In this document: positions 1 to 12,656 of the stretch, in pieces
Numbering within the stretch: the first letter of the stretch is position 1
Layout of the letters: each line of letters opens with the position of its first letter
From: Paraspadella gotoi
Lineage: Eukaryota > Animalia > Chaetognatha
Direction of reading: 5' to 3'
Assembly (NCBI GenBank): GCA_051294375.1
Contig: CM119266.1
Location: 16,486,087 to 16,550,086, forward strand
DNA length: 64,000 nt
The notes under the pieces: generated by a model
Told to the model about the DNA's origin: nothing
Database searches by the model: none
The model's input: only the letters and a program-made list of their open reading frames with translations
Program-made: the position numbers and the translations under genes

Positions 1-1946
1 GTCGGGGCGCTTAACCCGCCAGTAAGATGGTGTTACAGCCTGATCTGAGGCTCAGGGACTGCTTATATTGAACGGTTCTGTCATTAACACATAACAATAA
101 TTACTGTCTCTTCAGTATATATGTTTTTAGGTCTTTTTGTCACCGACCACGACAAAAGCAACGACGATGGCGGCGACGACGACAATGCCGATAACGTTTG
201 ACTTAATTGATTAAATAATTAATTGATAAAAAAATTTATTGATTGAATAATTAAATAATATTTAAATAAATTGATTGATTGAATAATTAATTGATTAACT
301 AATTAATTATTTGATTAATTAATACATCTTGTATTTACATTTCATTTTTAAAAAAAGAAGCATAATCAATTAGTGAAACAGGTTTTTTTTCCATTTAAAC
401 TCATTTCCACTCAGACGATTCCATCGAAACTTGATTTCCAGCTTAATCACACACTTTCCTACCCACATACAAAATTTCAAGTTACTCCCCCCATCCACTG
501 ATTGATAATTGGCGTTCAAATAGGGAAATATAATTTTTTTTTCCATTTAAACTCATTTACACGCGCACAATTCTATCGAAACTTCATATCCAGTTCAATC
601 ACACACTTCCCTACCAGCACACAAAATTTCATTCCAATCCATCCATCCAATCACAAATAATTAGAGTTTTTTGCTAAGGTGGGACGGACGGATGGACTTT
701 TTTTGCATAATTTATCATAATTCGATGTTCTGACATGATATAAGTAAATGCCCAACAAGATTGAGGGGGCGGACCGACAAAGTAAATTATAGAATTATAA
801 AAACCGTCTTTGTAACAAGAATTTAAAACAATAAAAACAGGAAATTAATAATTAAGAATAATAATTAATTTGATATGCCATTGTTTGTTTTTAGGTTTTT
901 TCGTCACTGACCACGACAAAACCGACGAAAATAACGATTAATTGATTGACTTGATTTATTAAATAATTGATAAATATTATTAAATAAATTTATTGATTGA
1001 ATATTTAAGGAAGAAAGCATAATCAATTAGTGAAACATGTTTTTTTGGTTTTTCCCTTCTCATCAAGCAACCAACTATATGCAAGTTATGAGCATTTTTA
1101 ACGTAAATGGTACAAACCGACGGACAGACATTCCGACAAAAGTGACTTAAAAAGTTGTTCCGAGAGAAAGTGACAGAAAAACAAGTTTGAGCAAACAATG
1201 CCCGATCTGCCCACGCTCATTAGTGGTAAGCAGCTGATCAGATAATATTATTTTTTTTAAATTTGTGTCAAAATCGATTTTCACTGTCATGCCTCTCGAT
1301 CACAAAATTAATTAATTATAAATAATTAATTACTTATTTAATAATAATTAATTAATGCAGCTTGAATTTACATTTAATATAAAAATAAAAAAAGCATAAT
1401 CAAATAGTGAAATAGATTGTTTTTTCTATTTTAACTCATTTCCACATGGGCGATTCTATTGAAACTATTTCCTGCTCAATCACACATTTTCCTACCCACA
1501 TACAAAATTTCATTCCAATCCATCCATCAAATCATGAGTAATTTTAGTTAAGGTGGGATGGATAGACAGACAAGACTTTTTTGCATAATTTATCATAATT
1601 CGATGTTCTGACATGATATAAGTGAATGCCCAACAAGATTGGGGGGGCAGACCGACAAAGTGAATTATAGAGCCGGAATCTGCTGTAAGCAGATCCGGCT
1701 AAAAATAAAAGTACAACTAAAAGATTGTGTTTAATCTCTCTTTTCGTTGCAAAAATTATTTAAGGAAAGGTTTTTATTTTTTGGCAAAAAATGAACACTG
1801 TTCATTACATTAGATTTTAGCCTGGCTTATAGTCCAAGGTGTATGAAAAATGAGAGATCTGGTAGATCCAACGACAACGTCGGCAAAGAGCAAGAAAAGA
1901 ACCATTGCATTCCTGTAGTATAAACGAGACCGGACCAGAGAATTAC

Positions 1947-4900
1947 CTAAAATCTTCGCCGCCGTCACACCCATCATTTCCCTCTCCCCAAGAACAATCG
2001 ACAAGATACTGCTGCGACAGCCTAACTCGCATTTTCGTTTTCAAAAATATTCTACCCTCGATAGTACCAGTTGTTCCAAAAGACCAGCATGAACCACACA
2101 CAGCTTGGTCTTTAACCTTGAGAAATAAAGGAATGCTGGTTAAACACCTCAAAAATTTAATTACAGCATTTGGGATAAATTTATATAAATTTAGTTCTAA
2201 AAGTCAGGAGCAAGATAGCTCATTTATTAAATGAATGGATAATTTTTATATTGGTTGTACCAATTTCATAAATAAATACACTTTTTCTAACTTGAGTAAC
2301 AGCTCCTGGAATTCTCCAATCCCATTCCTTTGGAGTAGTTTTTTTGTCTGTGTTGTTTTGTAATGGTTTATATAGAAGCCCTCCATGGTATCCAGGTGTT
2401 TTTTTAAGTCCCAACATCATTTTAATCTCAGAATGATTTTTATCAGTCATATGATTCACTGCGAGCGAAAAGCTGAGACCAGCTCGATTTTTGGAATGTA
2501 TAAACCTAAATATAAACACTATCAATCAAAATATTGAAAGGCATCCGCTGATTAGTAAGTCGGCACAAAGTAAAAACTAAGAGTTCTGTAATATAAATAA
2601 CGTTAGAGCATCCCTGTAGGATGACGAAATTTAAAAAAATTAAAAATTTTAAGTATAGTTAATAACATAGTATGGTGGACTAAAATCCACCAACCGTTCA
2701 TCAGCGGCCATTGCTGCCGGAGGCAAATCATTCGCCTCCCAACCCAAAGGTCCGGGGTTCTAGCCCGGTGGTCGCCTAGCAGGAAGGACGGGGCGCTTAA
2801 CCCGCCTTTAACACGGTGTTACAGCCTGATCCGAAGCTCAGGGACTGCTTACATTGAACGGTTCTATCACTAACACAACAATAATTACCGTCTTTTCAAT
2901 AACATTTAAAGTTTATCATATTATTATAAATCATAAAATTTTTTTTTTAAATTAGAATTTTTAAAAGGGATTCGGTTAAAGCTTGAAAAAATAAAAAAAT
3001 ATTACTACAAGATTTTTAAATTTTTAGATTTTATTGGTTAAAATTAGCAAAAACTAACATAAATTGTTTTTCATTGCCTATGCCTAAATGTTTAAATGCT
3101 TCAATCTTATACTGTGCTTCTTCGTTAAAAAAATAATAGTAAATATAGATTAAGTATATGATAAACAAATGAATTTTATATTACAGAACTCTTAATGATA
3201 AAAAGTGATCAATTTTGGCCCGCCTTAATGATTAACCTTAGATTATGTCGAAAGTTATTCCTCTTTTCCAAATACTCTTCATTCGAGCGATAATTCTTCG
3301 CATGTCTCTTGACAAACTTTTTAAAAATACGATGCATGAATGAATCATTTTTGTCAATATATTCCGACATAGGATTATGATGACTGTGTTGTTCCAAATG
3401 TAAATCCGCAACGCCAGGACCGGGAAAACCGTGGCAAGGACTGGCGGGAGCAGGTTTTACGCTCATCGGATCAAACACGGTGGGATCCGTCTTTCCTAAA
3501 TGTTCGTTGTTTTATATACGTAGTACTAAACATACCATATGAGGGTTAAAAATCATATTGTTAATAGTTCACAAGAAAAAAATTAATGAGAGCGTAACTC
3601 GCAATATTTTTAATATCTTTTATATATACAAATTTAATATGTATATATTACATACCTGACAGATATTTGTTATAGATCAAAATATAATGATCATAATGCG
3701 ATCCAAATAAAGTATCATAACCCTTCATTTCAAAGCGAAGAGGTCGGGGATTAGCACCTTAAAAACGATAAAATTATCAGAAAATCTGGCTCTGATAAAA
3801 GAACCGACCCTTCAAGTATTCACTCAGTCGACAGAATTGAAATGACAGTCCTAGGCTAACCAAAGTCAGGTCTCCCATCTATCTTTCTTTCATGGAGTTT
3901 TTGAAAAGGCATAAATCCCCCATTTTTCAATATATTCCTTCTAAATTTCCCTCTCTACCTTTTTTATAGGATGGAGCTCAAGAAACATGCTATTTAGACT
4001 TGTCACTCTTATCCCAGAGTGCCCCTTTTCTGTTTTTTTTTTCAGAATTTATTTTTAAATTTAATATTTAATTTAAATATATTTATAAACTTATAAACTA
4101 ATCCTTAACCCTCACTTAATTCTAAACCCTAATTCTAAACCTTTATCCTTAATTTCTAACCTTAACCTCTAACCCGAAATATTAGTCCTAAACCTAAATC
4201 CTTAACCCTAACCTCTAACCTAATCTTTAACTTAAAAACTTAACCTAACTTCAAATTTTAGAAAGAAATAGGGCGTTCTGAAAAAAGGCCGAAACCTTTT
4301 TTACCTTTTTCAGCTCTGTTTGAAAAAAATTTGAAAATTGGTTTAAAAGAATAAAAATTATTATTTTGCTTAAATGTGAAAAAATGTACTATTAGAATCA
4401 GACTATTTATTATGCAAAATAAAATATCCGTCCATCTGTTCCTCGCGAGCTTTGAAAGCCATTTACTTATGAGTATGTTGGGTGATTGACTTGAAATTTG
4501 GTGTGTGGGTAAAGAAGTATGTGATTAGGCTTGAAAATAAGTATCGCTGAAATCGTTAGAATGGAAACCGAGTTTAAATTTAAAAAAAAATCAATTTAAT
4601 GACTATCAACAAACAAAAAAAACTACTACAATAATCACTACAACCATAACCACAAACACCCTAATGGCCACAGCCACAGTAACCACGGCAAAAACAACGT
4701 CTATGACGGCGACAATGACGATAACACCGACGATGATTAATTGAATGATTGATTGACTAATTAAGAAAATAGTAAAATTACTTGTTTCACTATGTTAAGT
4801 CTTGGATTAATTAAATAATTAATTAATTCTTTTATTGACTGATAATCGATAATCGATTATCGATAGATAGATTAATTGATTGAATAATTGATCGATTAAT

Positions 4901-6598
4901 TAATTTATGAATTGAATAATTAGTGCAGCTTTGATATAAAAAGAAATTTCCACTCGAACGATTCCATCGAAACTTGATTTACCGCTTAATAACCCACTTC
5001 TCTACACACACACAAAATTTCAAGTCAATTGCGCCATACATTCATGAGTAATATACGTTCAAAGCTAAGGGGGAAGGACGGACATCTTTTTTGTATAATT
5101 TATCATAATTCGATGTTCTGAGTACTTATTATAGTACTAACTTTTATTTAAGTTTGTAAGCTTTATAAGAAACCGTTCTTAAAATATAAAACAACAAATT
5201 TAACATTTTTTATATATTAATAATATTAAAAAGCTTTAGTATAAAAACCCAATGAACTAATTCAAAAAGTTTCCAGATGTTAAAAAAGTGTTCTATCTTG
5301 GCCCGCCTTACTTTATAATGCCTAAAGCCTTTAAGCTATTATAATTATATTTAAGCTATTATACCTGTAGTAAAATAAAATGTGAAGGTGTTTGTTACAT
5401 ATTTTCCGTCTTTAGTTTTGTTCATCCACATTTGCGCTTTTTCACCACTGATCGTTGTATCCCCAACATACTGCAATAAATATTTTACAATGATAAAAAT
5501 TATAACTCAGGAATGATAAAAATACGGTTATAAAACTTTTATACAATAAAAACCATGTTACTGTCAGTTATTAACTACTAAATAAAATATTTAAAAAACA
5601 ACTTTGTACGAAAGCATGAGAGCATTTATGGCTTCAACTTACGGAATATTACAAATGTAAATGGGTCCTCATTACCTGGTAATAAGTAAGATTAGGAATG
5701 ACGTTTTGAAGCTTCCCTCCAGCTATTTTAAAGCAGTTTATTTGGTTTAAAACCTTTTCATTAGAAAATGGGTTGATCTTAAAAGATGTGTCAATGTCTT
5801 CTCTCTGAATAGTTTTCATCGTACCACCTAATAAAAAAGAGAATATAAAGTACAGTGATCTTCGCAGGACGATAAAAAGCTATGTTTTAACAAATAAAAA
5901 ATTAAAAAAGGGAAGAATATATATTTTTAAAAATTTCACTTTTTTTTATTAACTTGAAAATTGTGAAAAACTATTTTTTTAAAACTTAATTTCTTAATTA
6001 TTTATTTCATTTTTTTAACTTTAACCCTAAATATTTTTCCTGAATTGAATTTTTCATTTCTTTTCTTTCTCCCTTAATCTTATCTGTCTTCACTCACTAA
6101 CAATCTCTCAATCCCTTTCACTCACTTCTTGTTACAAAACTATTTTTGTACTGATGATGACTTACATTGAATTCAAAATATTTCGTGTAATATTTTATCT
6201 AATTGATAAATTTCAAACTACCACTTAAACCTCAACATTTTTTACGTCCAAATTTGAACTTTCTGTATTTTGAATTAAATAGTCGTTTACAGTAGTTTAC
6301 ACAGAGTTAAGTTCAACATGGTAACTTCACGTAATAAGGGACATAAACGAACGATAGCCAAAAATTATCGTATTAAGATCATAATCGAAAACCTACCGAA
6401 ATAATCTATTCTACTTTTTCCAGTGCTTCCGCTGATCCAGGCTTGGAATGGTTCAACGAGCTCGGCATAAGGTAGGTTAAGACTTCCCGTTACATAATAA
6501 TCTGGACCGAATTCGGGTGGCGACTTGGTCAAGACGGCGGCGGCGGCAGCCGCGAGCCCGAAGGCGGTGAGACACAGGTTCAGCATGAGACGAGCCAT
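1947..6598 (-). CDS. 26/29-kDa proteinase (cathepsin L-like C1A peptidase with N-terminal 26-kDa domain and I29 propeptide), 3'-incomplete; exons approx. 6598-6397, 5827-5676, 5470-5365, 3757-3656, 3495-3237, 2505-2292, 2116-1947
   Basis: Signal peptide [20 protein letters not shown]; [21 protein letters not shown]; propeptide [33 protein letters not shown]; mature start [11 protein letters not shown]|[13 protein letters not shown] containing the catalytic Cys; [20 protein letters not shown] junctions were read for each exon. No catalytic His/Asn exons are visible in 1-1946, so they presumably lie left of the window. Confidence 0.9.
2671..2898 (+). mobile_element. Solo LTR of the TRIM family (others at 1-114, 12111-12275, 35779-36011 and 43002-43425)
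   Basis: Same ~230-bp sequence, TATGGTGGACTAAAATCC...TTCA, with near-matching 4-bp flanks (ATAG/ATAA here, GAAC/GAAT at 35779). Confidence 0.8.
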
Positions 6599-9500
6599 GA
6601 TAAATTTGAAATACTTCGCACATCCGAGAATCCACCGATAAAATTCGGAGAATCTGAGGGTTTTTTTGGAGGCGGATTCTCATGTGATTGACATTAGTCA
6701 TTGCGATTGAATCTAGTTGAAACTCGGGTAGCAAATTGGTAACTGATACGGACTGTCTCTGAGGCTCCAAAGTAAACAAATTTTTGAGATCAAGGATTTG
6801 TTCTTTCATTTTCAAAAAGTTAGTCTCATTTACGGCCATCTCGAGGTTTTCTAAAGAGAAATAAAAGACTGCGAAAGTTACTAGTACGGAGTCGTTAGTC
6901 GTGGTCAACTAGTGATTATCAAAGCAAGTCACGTTTTAAAGAAGTGAATCTGTAATCTTACAATCCATATATAAAAATATAGCAGTAGTAAATATATCTT
7001 CACAATAAATCAAAAAACAGTTTTCATATTACGATGAGAAGAAAAAGAAATGAAAATGTTTTTCGTACTACATATACATACATATACATTATATTATATA
7101 TATAATAACAGAAATAGTTAAAAACATTAACATTTAAATTTCGAACCCATTACATATGGAATAGATTCCCTTTCTCTTATTACAGTTCTAAAGTGTTGCG
7201 CCGCGAATTATCTCATAAATATTTTAAGTTGTTAAAATATAGGTTTTTTTCTCCACCAAGTGCTATAAAAATGTTTGTTAAATATAAAAAAAAGCATTTC
7301 CTTTCAGTTACACCTTACACACATACTTTGCTGAAAGACATCAGGCTTTTTAAATATACAATTCTTTTTCCCTGATTTTTAAAAGTCGGGTATAAGTAAA
7401 AGTATTAGCGACAATTTTCATTTCCAACGTGGTAATAAGGTTCATGCTATATATATTTTAAAAATACGACAACGAAAAAATTCACTGGTTCAAGACTGTT
7501 CAACTTTAAGTGTACATGTCTACAATTTAGAGTTTATTAGATAATTATGCATAGTATGCATACTTCTCATAAAAGTTTTTACACAATCGTCTTTAATTGC
7601 GACCACTTAAAATGAAATAATGCGGCATAACTTCTCGTTTAAAACTACCTTGTAAACAGCAATATATATATATATTAAAAATCTTTGGATGCAATCAATG
7701 GGAAAGTATTCGTGAACTTTGTAGCTCGTTTGGTTATCATGACTTAATAACTATGTTTAACAATCGTAGAAAGAATTTTATATCTAAGATTTATTCCTTA
7801 AAAAATTCCGTTCTTAAGGGCTTGATTCCCCTTTTTAAGACATGAAAAAAGTTTTAAATATTGTTTACTGTTATTACTTTATTATCATCATTATTTTTTC
7901 TCTCTCCCCCTTCTTTTAAACACATTTTGCAGACTTATGTATGAATGTTTTGTTTGATTTTTGTACTAAATCAACTATGTTGCATTCTAATAAAAACGCT
8001 TATATTAACTAACGCATTCATTGAGAATACCTCGACAAAATATTTCCAACATCACTATACCAAAGCTTGAAACTATGCAGCAACATTATTCTATCAGCAT
8101 CATTGATGCTTGACAATCGAAGCAATCTATATAACTAAGTACTACAAGTATTGTTGCACGTCAACAAAAATTGTAAATGATATTGATCGATATTCTAATA
8201 TCCAAAATAGAAAATCTAACTTACATGAAAGCTTAACCAGGATAAGAAGACTTCATACCTAAACTTACCGTAAAAGTCAAGTATAAGAAAAATTACTTAT
8301 AGATGATATTCTAATTTAGTGACATATACTGCTTAATAAATAGAACAAACAGGGTTTATCACTTTAAAGGCTCATTTAAAAAAGCCAGGCCTTTTCAAAA
8401 CAATTTTTGGGGTCTTTTTAACAAATTTTTGAAAAGGCCCAGTTTCTTTAAAAATGTTCAAACTTTGTATCATTTGTAACTGAATTAAAAAAAAATAAAA
8501 ATAATACACATATTAATTCTTGGTAAATAAGATTTTGTGAACTTCTTATGATTTTTTTTAAATTTAAAATTTATAAAAAACTTTTAAAAGGCCTTTAATT
8601 ACATTTCAACTACTGTACTTTCTAATATAAAAAAGTTTGAGCATTTTGTTAAGGCGCAAATTTGAAATGACCAAGGACGCCGGTTTCTCGATATACCTAC
8701 CCTTGGCCTTTTGGGCCTTTTAAAAATTTGAACCTTTTTACAAACCCTGAGAACAAACCGCAATAAAATTAACGAAAGTTTATTAAAGAAAAAATGCCAG
8801 GGCAGTATCCCTGACAACATCAGTTTGTTGAAACTCAACGGCAGCATTTTAAATTCAGAATCTGTCGCGATTCCGTTCTGTCGTTCCTAGTGGGAGACCT
8901 AAGATAAAATAGAAAAATAATAATAAAATAGTAAAATTTAGCCGAATAATTTTGCACATCCAATCCTCGCAAGAGCCGTATAGGTACAATTAAAAAATAT
9001 GATCGAAGCAAAAGCAGAATATTTATACAATGATGGCAACTATTTACATGTACTACTACGAATCCATGAATAATCAAGGACTATTGAAGCTTTTGATAGT
9101 AAACTTATCAGGACGTATAAAGAAGGCACAAAAAAAAATGGCCCCATATAATTTTCTTAAAACAAGTTTGAGCAAACAATGTCGGAACTGATAATTAAGC
9201 GGTAATCAGCTAATCAGATGATAAATGACGATAATTCTTTCAGTTTGTGATCCTAACTGATCATAAAAGAACTTACCAAACCAATGGCTGCACCAATACA
9301 TGTAAATCGTTTGCAAGAAATTAAACTGAACTGTTACTAAGGTACAAACAAATATTTTTTTAATTATTATTATTATTTCAACTCAACTCGCACCATTTTT
9401 TCAACTCGAACCATTTTTTCAACTCGAACTAATTTATTTAATTAAATAATTAAAACATTTATGAGTAAGCATAAATAATAAAAATTCAAGTCAACTTGAC

Positions 9501-9871
9501 TTTGGTTTTTTTCATGCAAACTTATTTCCACTCTTTGATTCCATCAAAACTTTATATCCAGCTCAATCATACACTTTCCTACCCACGCACAAAATTTCAT
9601 TCTAATCCAACCATGAGTCCTTCAGACAGATATGGACGGATGGACAATTTTTTTTTGGCATAATTTTTTATTTTTTTCTACTAATTCAAACAACGAAACG
9701 AAAGAATTCGATACAATGTCATAATTTATCATAATTCGATGTTCTGTCATGATATAAGAAAATGCCCTACAAGATTGAGGGGGCGGACCGACAAAGTGAA
9801 TTATAGAGTCGGAATCTGCTGATTAGCAGATCCGACTAAAAATGAATTGATAGTATCATCGCCTGCTCGGG

Positions 9872-10272
9872 CTCACCTTCATTTTCAGCAGATTCCAATC
9901 GATCCTTCCTTGCCTGTCTTCCAGGATAAAACCCACCCGTGGAACACAAATCCTTAGGCGCCAGATCAAGATTGCCAAGGCGGAATGCCGAACCTCCGGA
10001 ACCGGACCGATGAATACCGCCGATAGTCGAGTCGCAAACGGCACCGATGGTCCTCGGAGAGGCGGCCGGAACCACTCCCGGGACACGAGAATTATACGTT
10101 GCCCTCGCAGAATTCATTGACCAAAGGGACTTCATTGAAGTTGCCATTTCATCCGGCGACGAAGCGATACGGGTCTCTGGAGTAGAATTGAAGGAATTTC
10201 CGGAAAAGTTTTTCCTAATCCCAGTTGTCTTGGTGGAACTAGAAGGAAAAATTAAGGACACGTTAGTACAAC
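9872..10272 (-). CDS. Probable internal exon of an unidentified gene (Ser/Thr/Gly-rich, disordered); further small candidate exons near 9277-9325 and 8031-8126
   Basis: GC-rich open frame of ~130 codons in AT-rich surroundings, ending at a GAAG|GTGAG donor; candidate AG/GT-bounded exons downstream. No recognisable domain. Confidence 0.4.
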
Positions 10273-11221
10273 TGTGAACGCTTAAAGTTGTCTTCGAAAA
10301 ATATCACTAAAATTAACACACTTGATGTCGAGAGAGTTTTTTTGACAGCAGCACCTATCGCCAGAAAATACTTCGTTAGCTAGCTTGGTTTGTTTGTAAT
10401 CGGAACCTAATCATATGAAATAAAAGTCTTAGCATTCCGAAGATATGGAGCACAAGATTGTTGGACACCCTCTTATAAGTACATTTGCGTGCTCATTTCT
10501 ACAAATAAATACATATAAATATAGTCAGACCTAATCTTAAATTCGCCGACTGGGAGATTCAGGGTTAATGATGGTTTAGAGGTGGTTATTAAGGTGGGCC
10601 AAAATTTGTCATTTCTCATTAGTTCTGTAATACAAAATTTATTTGTCTATTAAATACTTAATAAATATTTACTAACTCTTTTAAATATTTATAAATGCAT
10701 AGGCAATATAAAAAAATTAAATTTTGAAAATTTCGAAATCATCAGCAATGAGAAGAGGCTTCACGCCATCGGGAAACGAGCCCGTGTCGAAGATCCGATT
10801 GTATTGTATAAATGCTTAACAATTTTGTATCGAATCCATCCGTTTCAAATTCTGACACTGTCTTTGTTTATGACTTTTCTTGAGAATAAAATCTACTTTG
10901 GTTTCATGTTTAAATCTCTGTCTACCTAGTTCAAGTTAAATGTGGTGGCAGCAGTGTGATTCGAACCAACACCTTTAACTTTTTATAGTTCTTGTTAATT
11001 TTAACTAATAAAACAAAAAAGTAGAATATTGTAATAATATTTTGTATTATTCAAAATTCAGAATATGAACAATTTTTTTTTTGATTTATAGTATTACAAT
11101 AAACTTTAAATGCTTTTATGAAAATGGTACAACCAATATATAAATTATCCATTCATTTAATTAATTAATCAATTAATTCAATTATTTAATTAAAACTTTT
11201 TAAAAAAATTGTTATCTCTCA

Positions 11222-12115
11222 GTGGGAAAAATTATGTCTCTTCTCTCTTTCTCGCGCTAAAATTCTTAGTACGCGAGTTTGACGAGTCATTTTAGTCTGG
11301 TCGGTCCACATATTTACCGTATTTTATTGGTCGATTTTTGGAGGAAAATAAGAATATTTTTCAGTCCTGTTATATAGTTATATAGTCAATAAGAAACATC
11401 TGCCAGTTTTTGAATCCCGTTATACTGTGAGAAATGTTTGTTTTCTCGCTAGCGGAGACGACATCCAAATATGGGAGTAGAAATAGTAATAAACCTTTAC
11501 AAATTTGTTTAATCAACATCTTATCATTTTACCAGTCTCAACGGAGGCGTGGGTTCGAATCTCACCGCTGCCACCACATTGAAGGAAAAACTCATGGATT
11601 TCTTGATGAAATCAAAACGAGCTTTATTCTGAGAATAATAAGGTGACGGTGAGAAACACGCAGGAGTCCAGATCAATTCTACTGAAACTAAGGAAAGCTA
11701 GGTCTATTTATATCTAGAGAAGAGGATCAGAGGCAAGAGTGATTTTGACAGTTTTATCGATCCTGCAAGCTGATTGGTCGATTTCGGTTCCGTATCAGTG
11801 ATTCCATTCTAGCGGCGATCGCCCGTTCCTCCGATCCGATTTCACTTTAGGTGAGGCTGAGTCTCCTGCGATGATATATATCATTTTACTTTTTTTGTCA
11901 ATATTACTTATTGACCAGGGGGGTGAAAAAAATGTTATGACTCTTCTCTCTTTCTCTCCCTCAAATTCTTAGTACGCAAGTTTGACCAGTCATTTTAGTC
12001 TGGCCGGTCCACATTTCCACCGTATTTTATTAGTCGATTTTTGGAGGGAAATAAGAATATTTTTCAGTCCTGTTTTTAGATTCAATAAAAAACGTCTGCC
12101 TGTTTTTTAATCCCA
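11222..12115 (+). repeat. Two ~195-bp direct repeats (11222-11420, 11918-12115)
   Basis: Shared TCTCTTCTCTCTTTCTC..CTTAGTACGC..GGTCCACAT..AATCCC, with GGG...CCC ends. Confidence 0.8.
11533..11880 (+). mobile_element. tRNA-Leu 3'-half plus CCA fused to ~300 bp of repeat; diverged inverted copy at 10738-10976
   Basis: GGAGGCGTGGGTTCGAATCTCACCGCTGCCA-CCA resembles the 3' half of eukaryotic tRNA-Leu; the adjoining sequence also matches the second copy in patches. Confidence 0.6.
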
Positions 12116-12656
12116 ACCCAAAGGTCTGGGGTTCTAGCCCGTGGTCGCTTAGCAGTTAAGAGGGACGGGGCGCTTAACCCGCCAGTAACACGGAGTTACA
12201 GCCTGATCCAAAGCTCAGGGACTGCTTATATTGAACGGTTCTGTCACTAACACATAACAGTAATTACTGTCTCTTAAAAGTTTCTCGTTCAATACAAAAA
12301 CGTCATATTACTCAAAACCCACTTTAAAACAGTCAGAAAAGGGGGACGTTTGGATGCCGTCTCCGCTTGCGAGAAATTAAACATTTTTCACACTCAGTGA
12401 TATTTATATTACAGTTTTTACCTGGTTCCGCCTTAGTGGTTAGGCTTAGGAGACTTAGGGTACGGGTAATTGGATAACAATTTGTACCATTTGTTTAATA
12501 ATAAAATTTTGCCAACATTTTTGTATATTGTTACTTAAAAGCGACACAATATACAATTTAAGATTAAACTACGATACATTTCAATCCATGAATTGTGTAC
12601 CTCAAAATTGTAGTCTCAAGAAAATAATATTTTTGACAGTCGATAGGCATCTATAA

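Noticed and set aside
2704-2776. Functional tRNA-Gly gene
   Set aside because: The anticodon stem does not pair and the sequence is part of a multi-copy LTR.
10047-10277. Plus-strand 76-aa ORF
   Set aside because: More likely the antisense shadow of the minus-strand exon, which has a splice donor.
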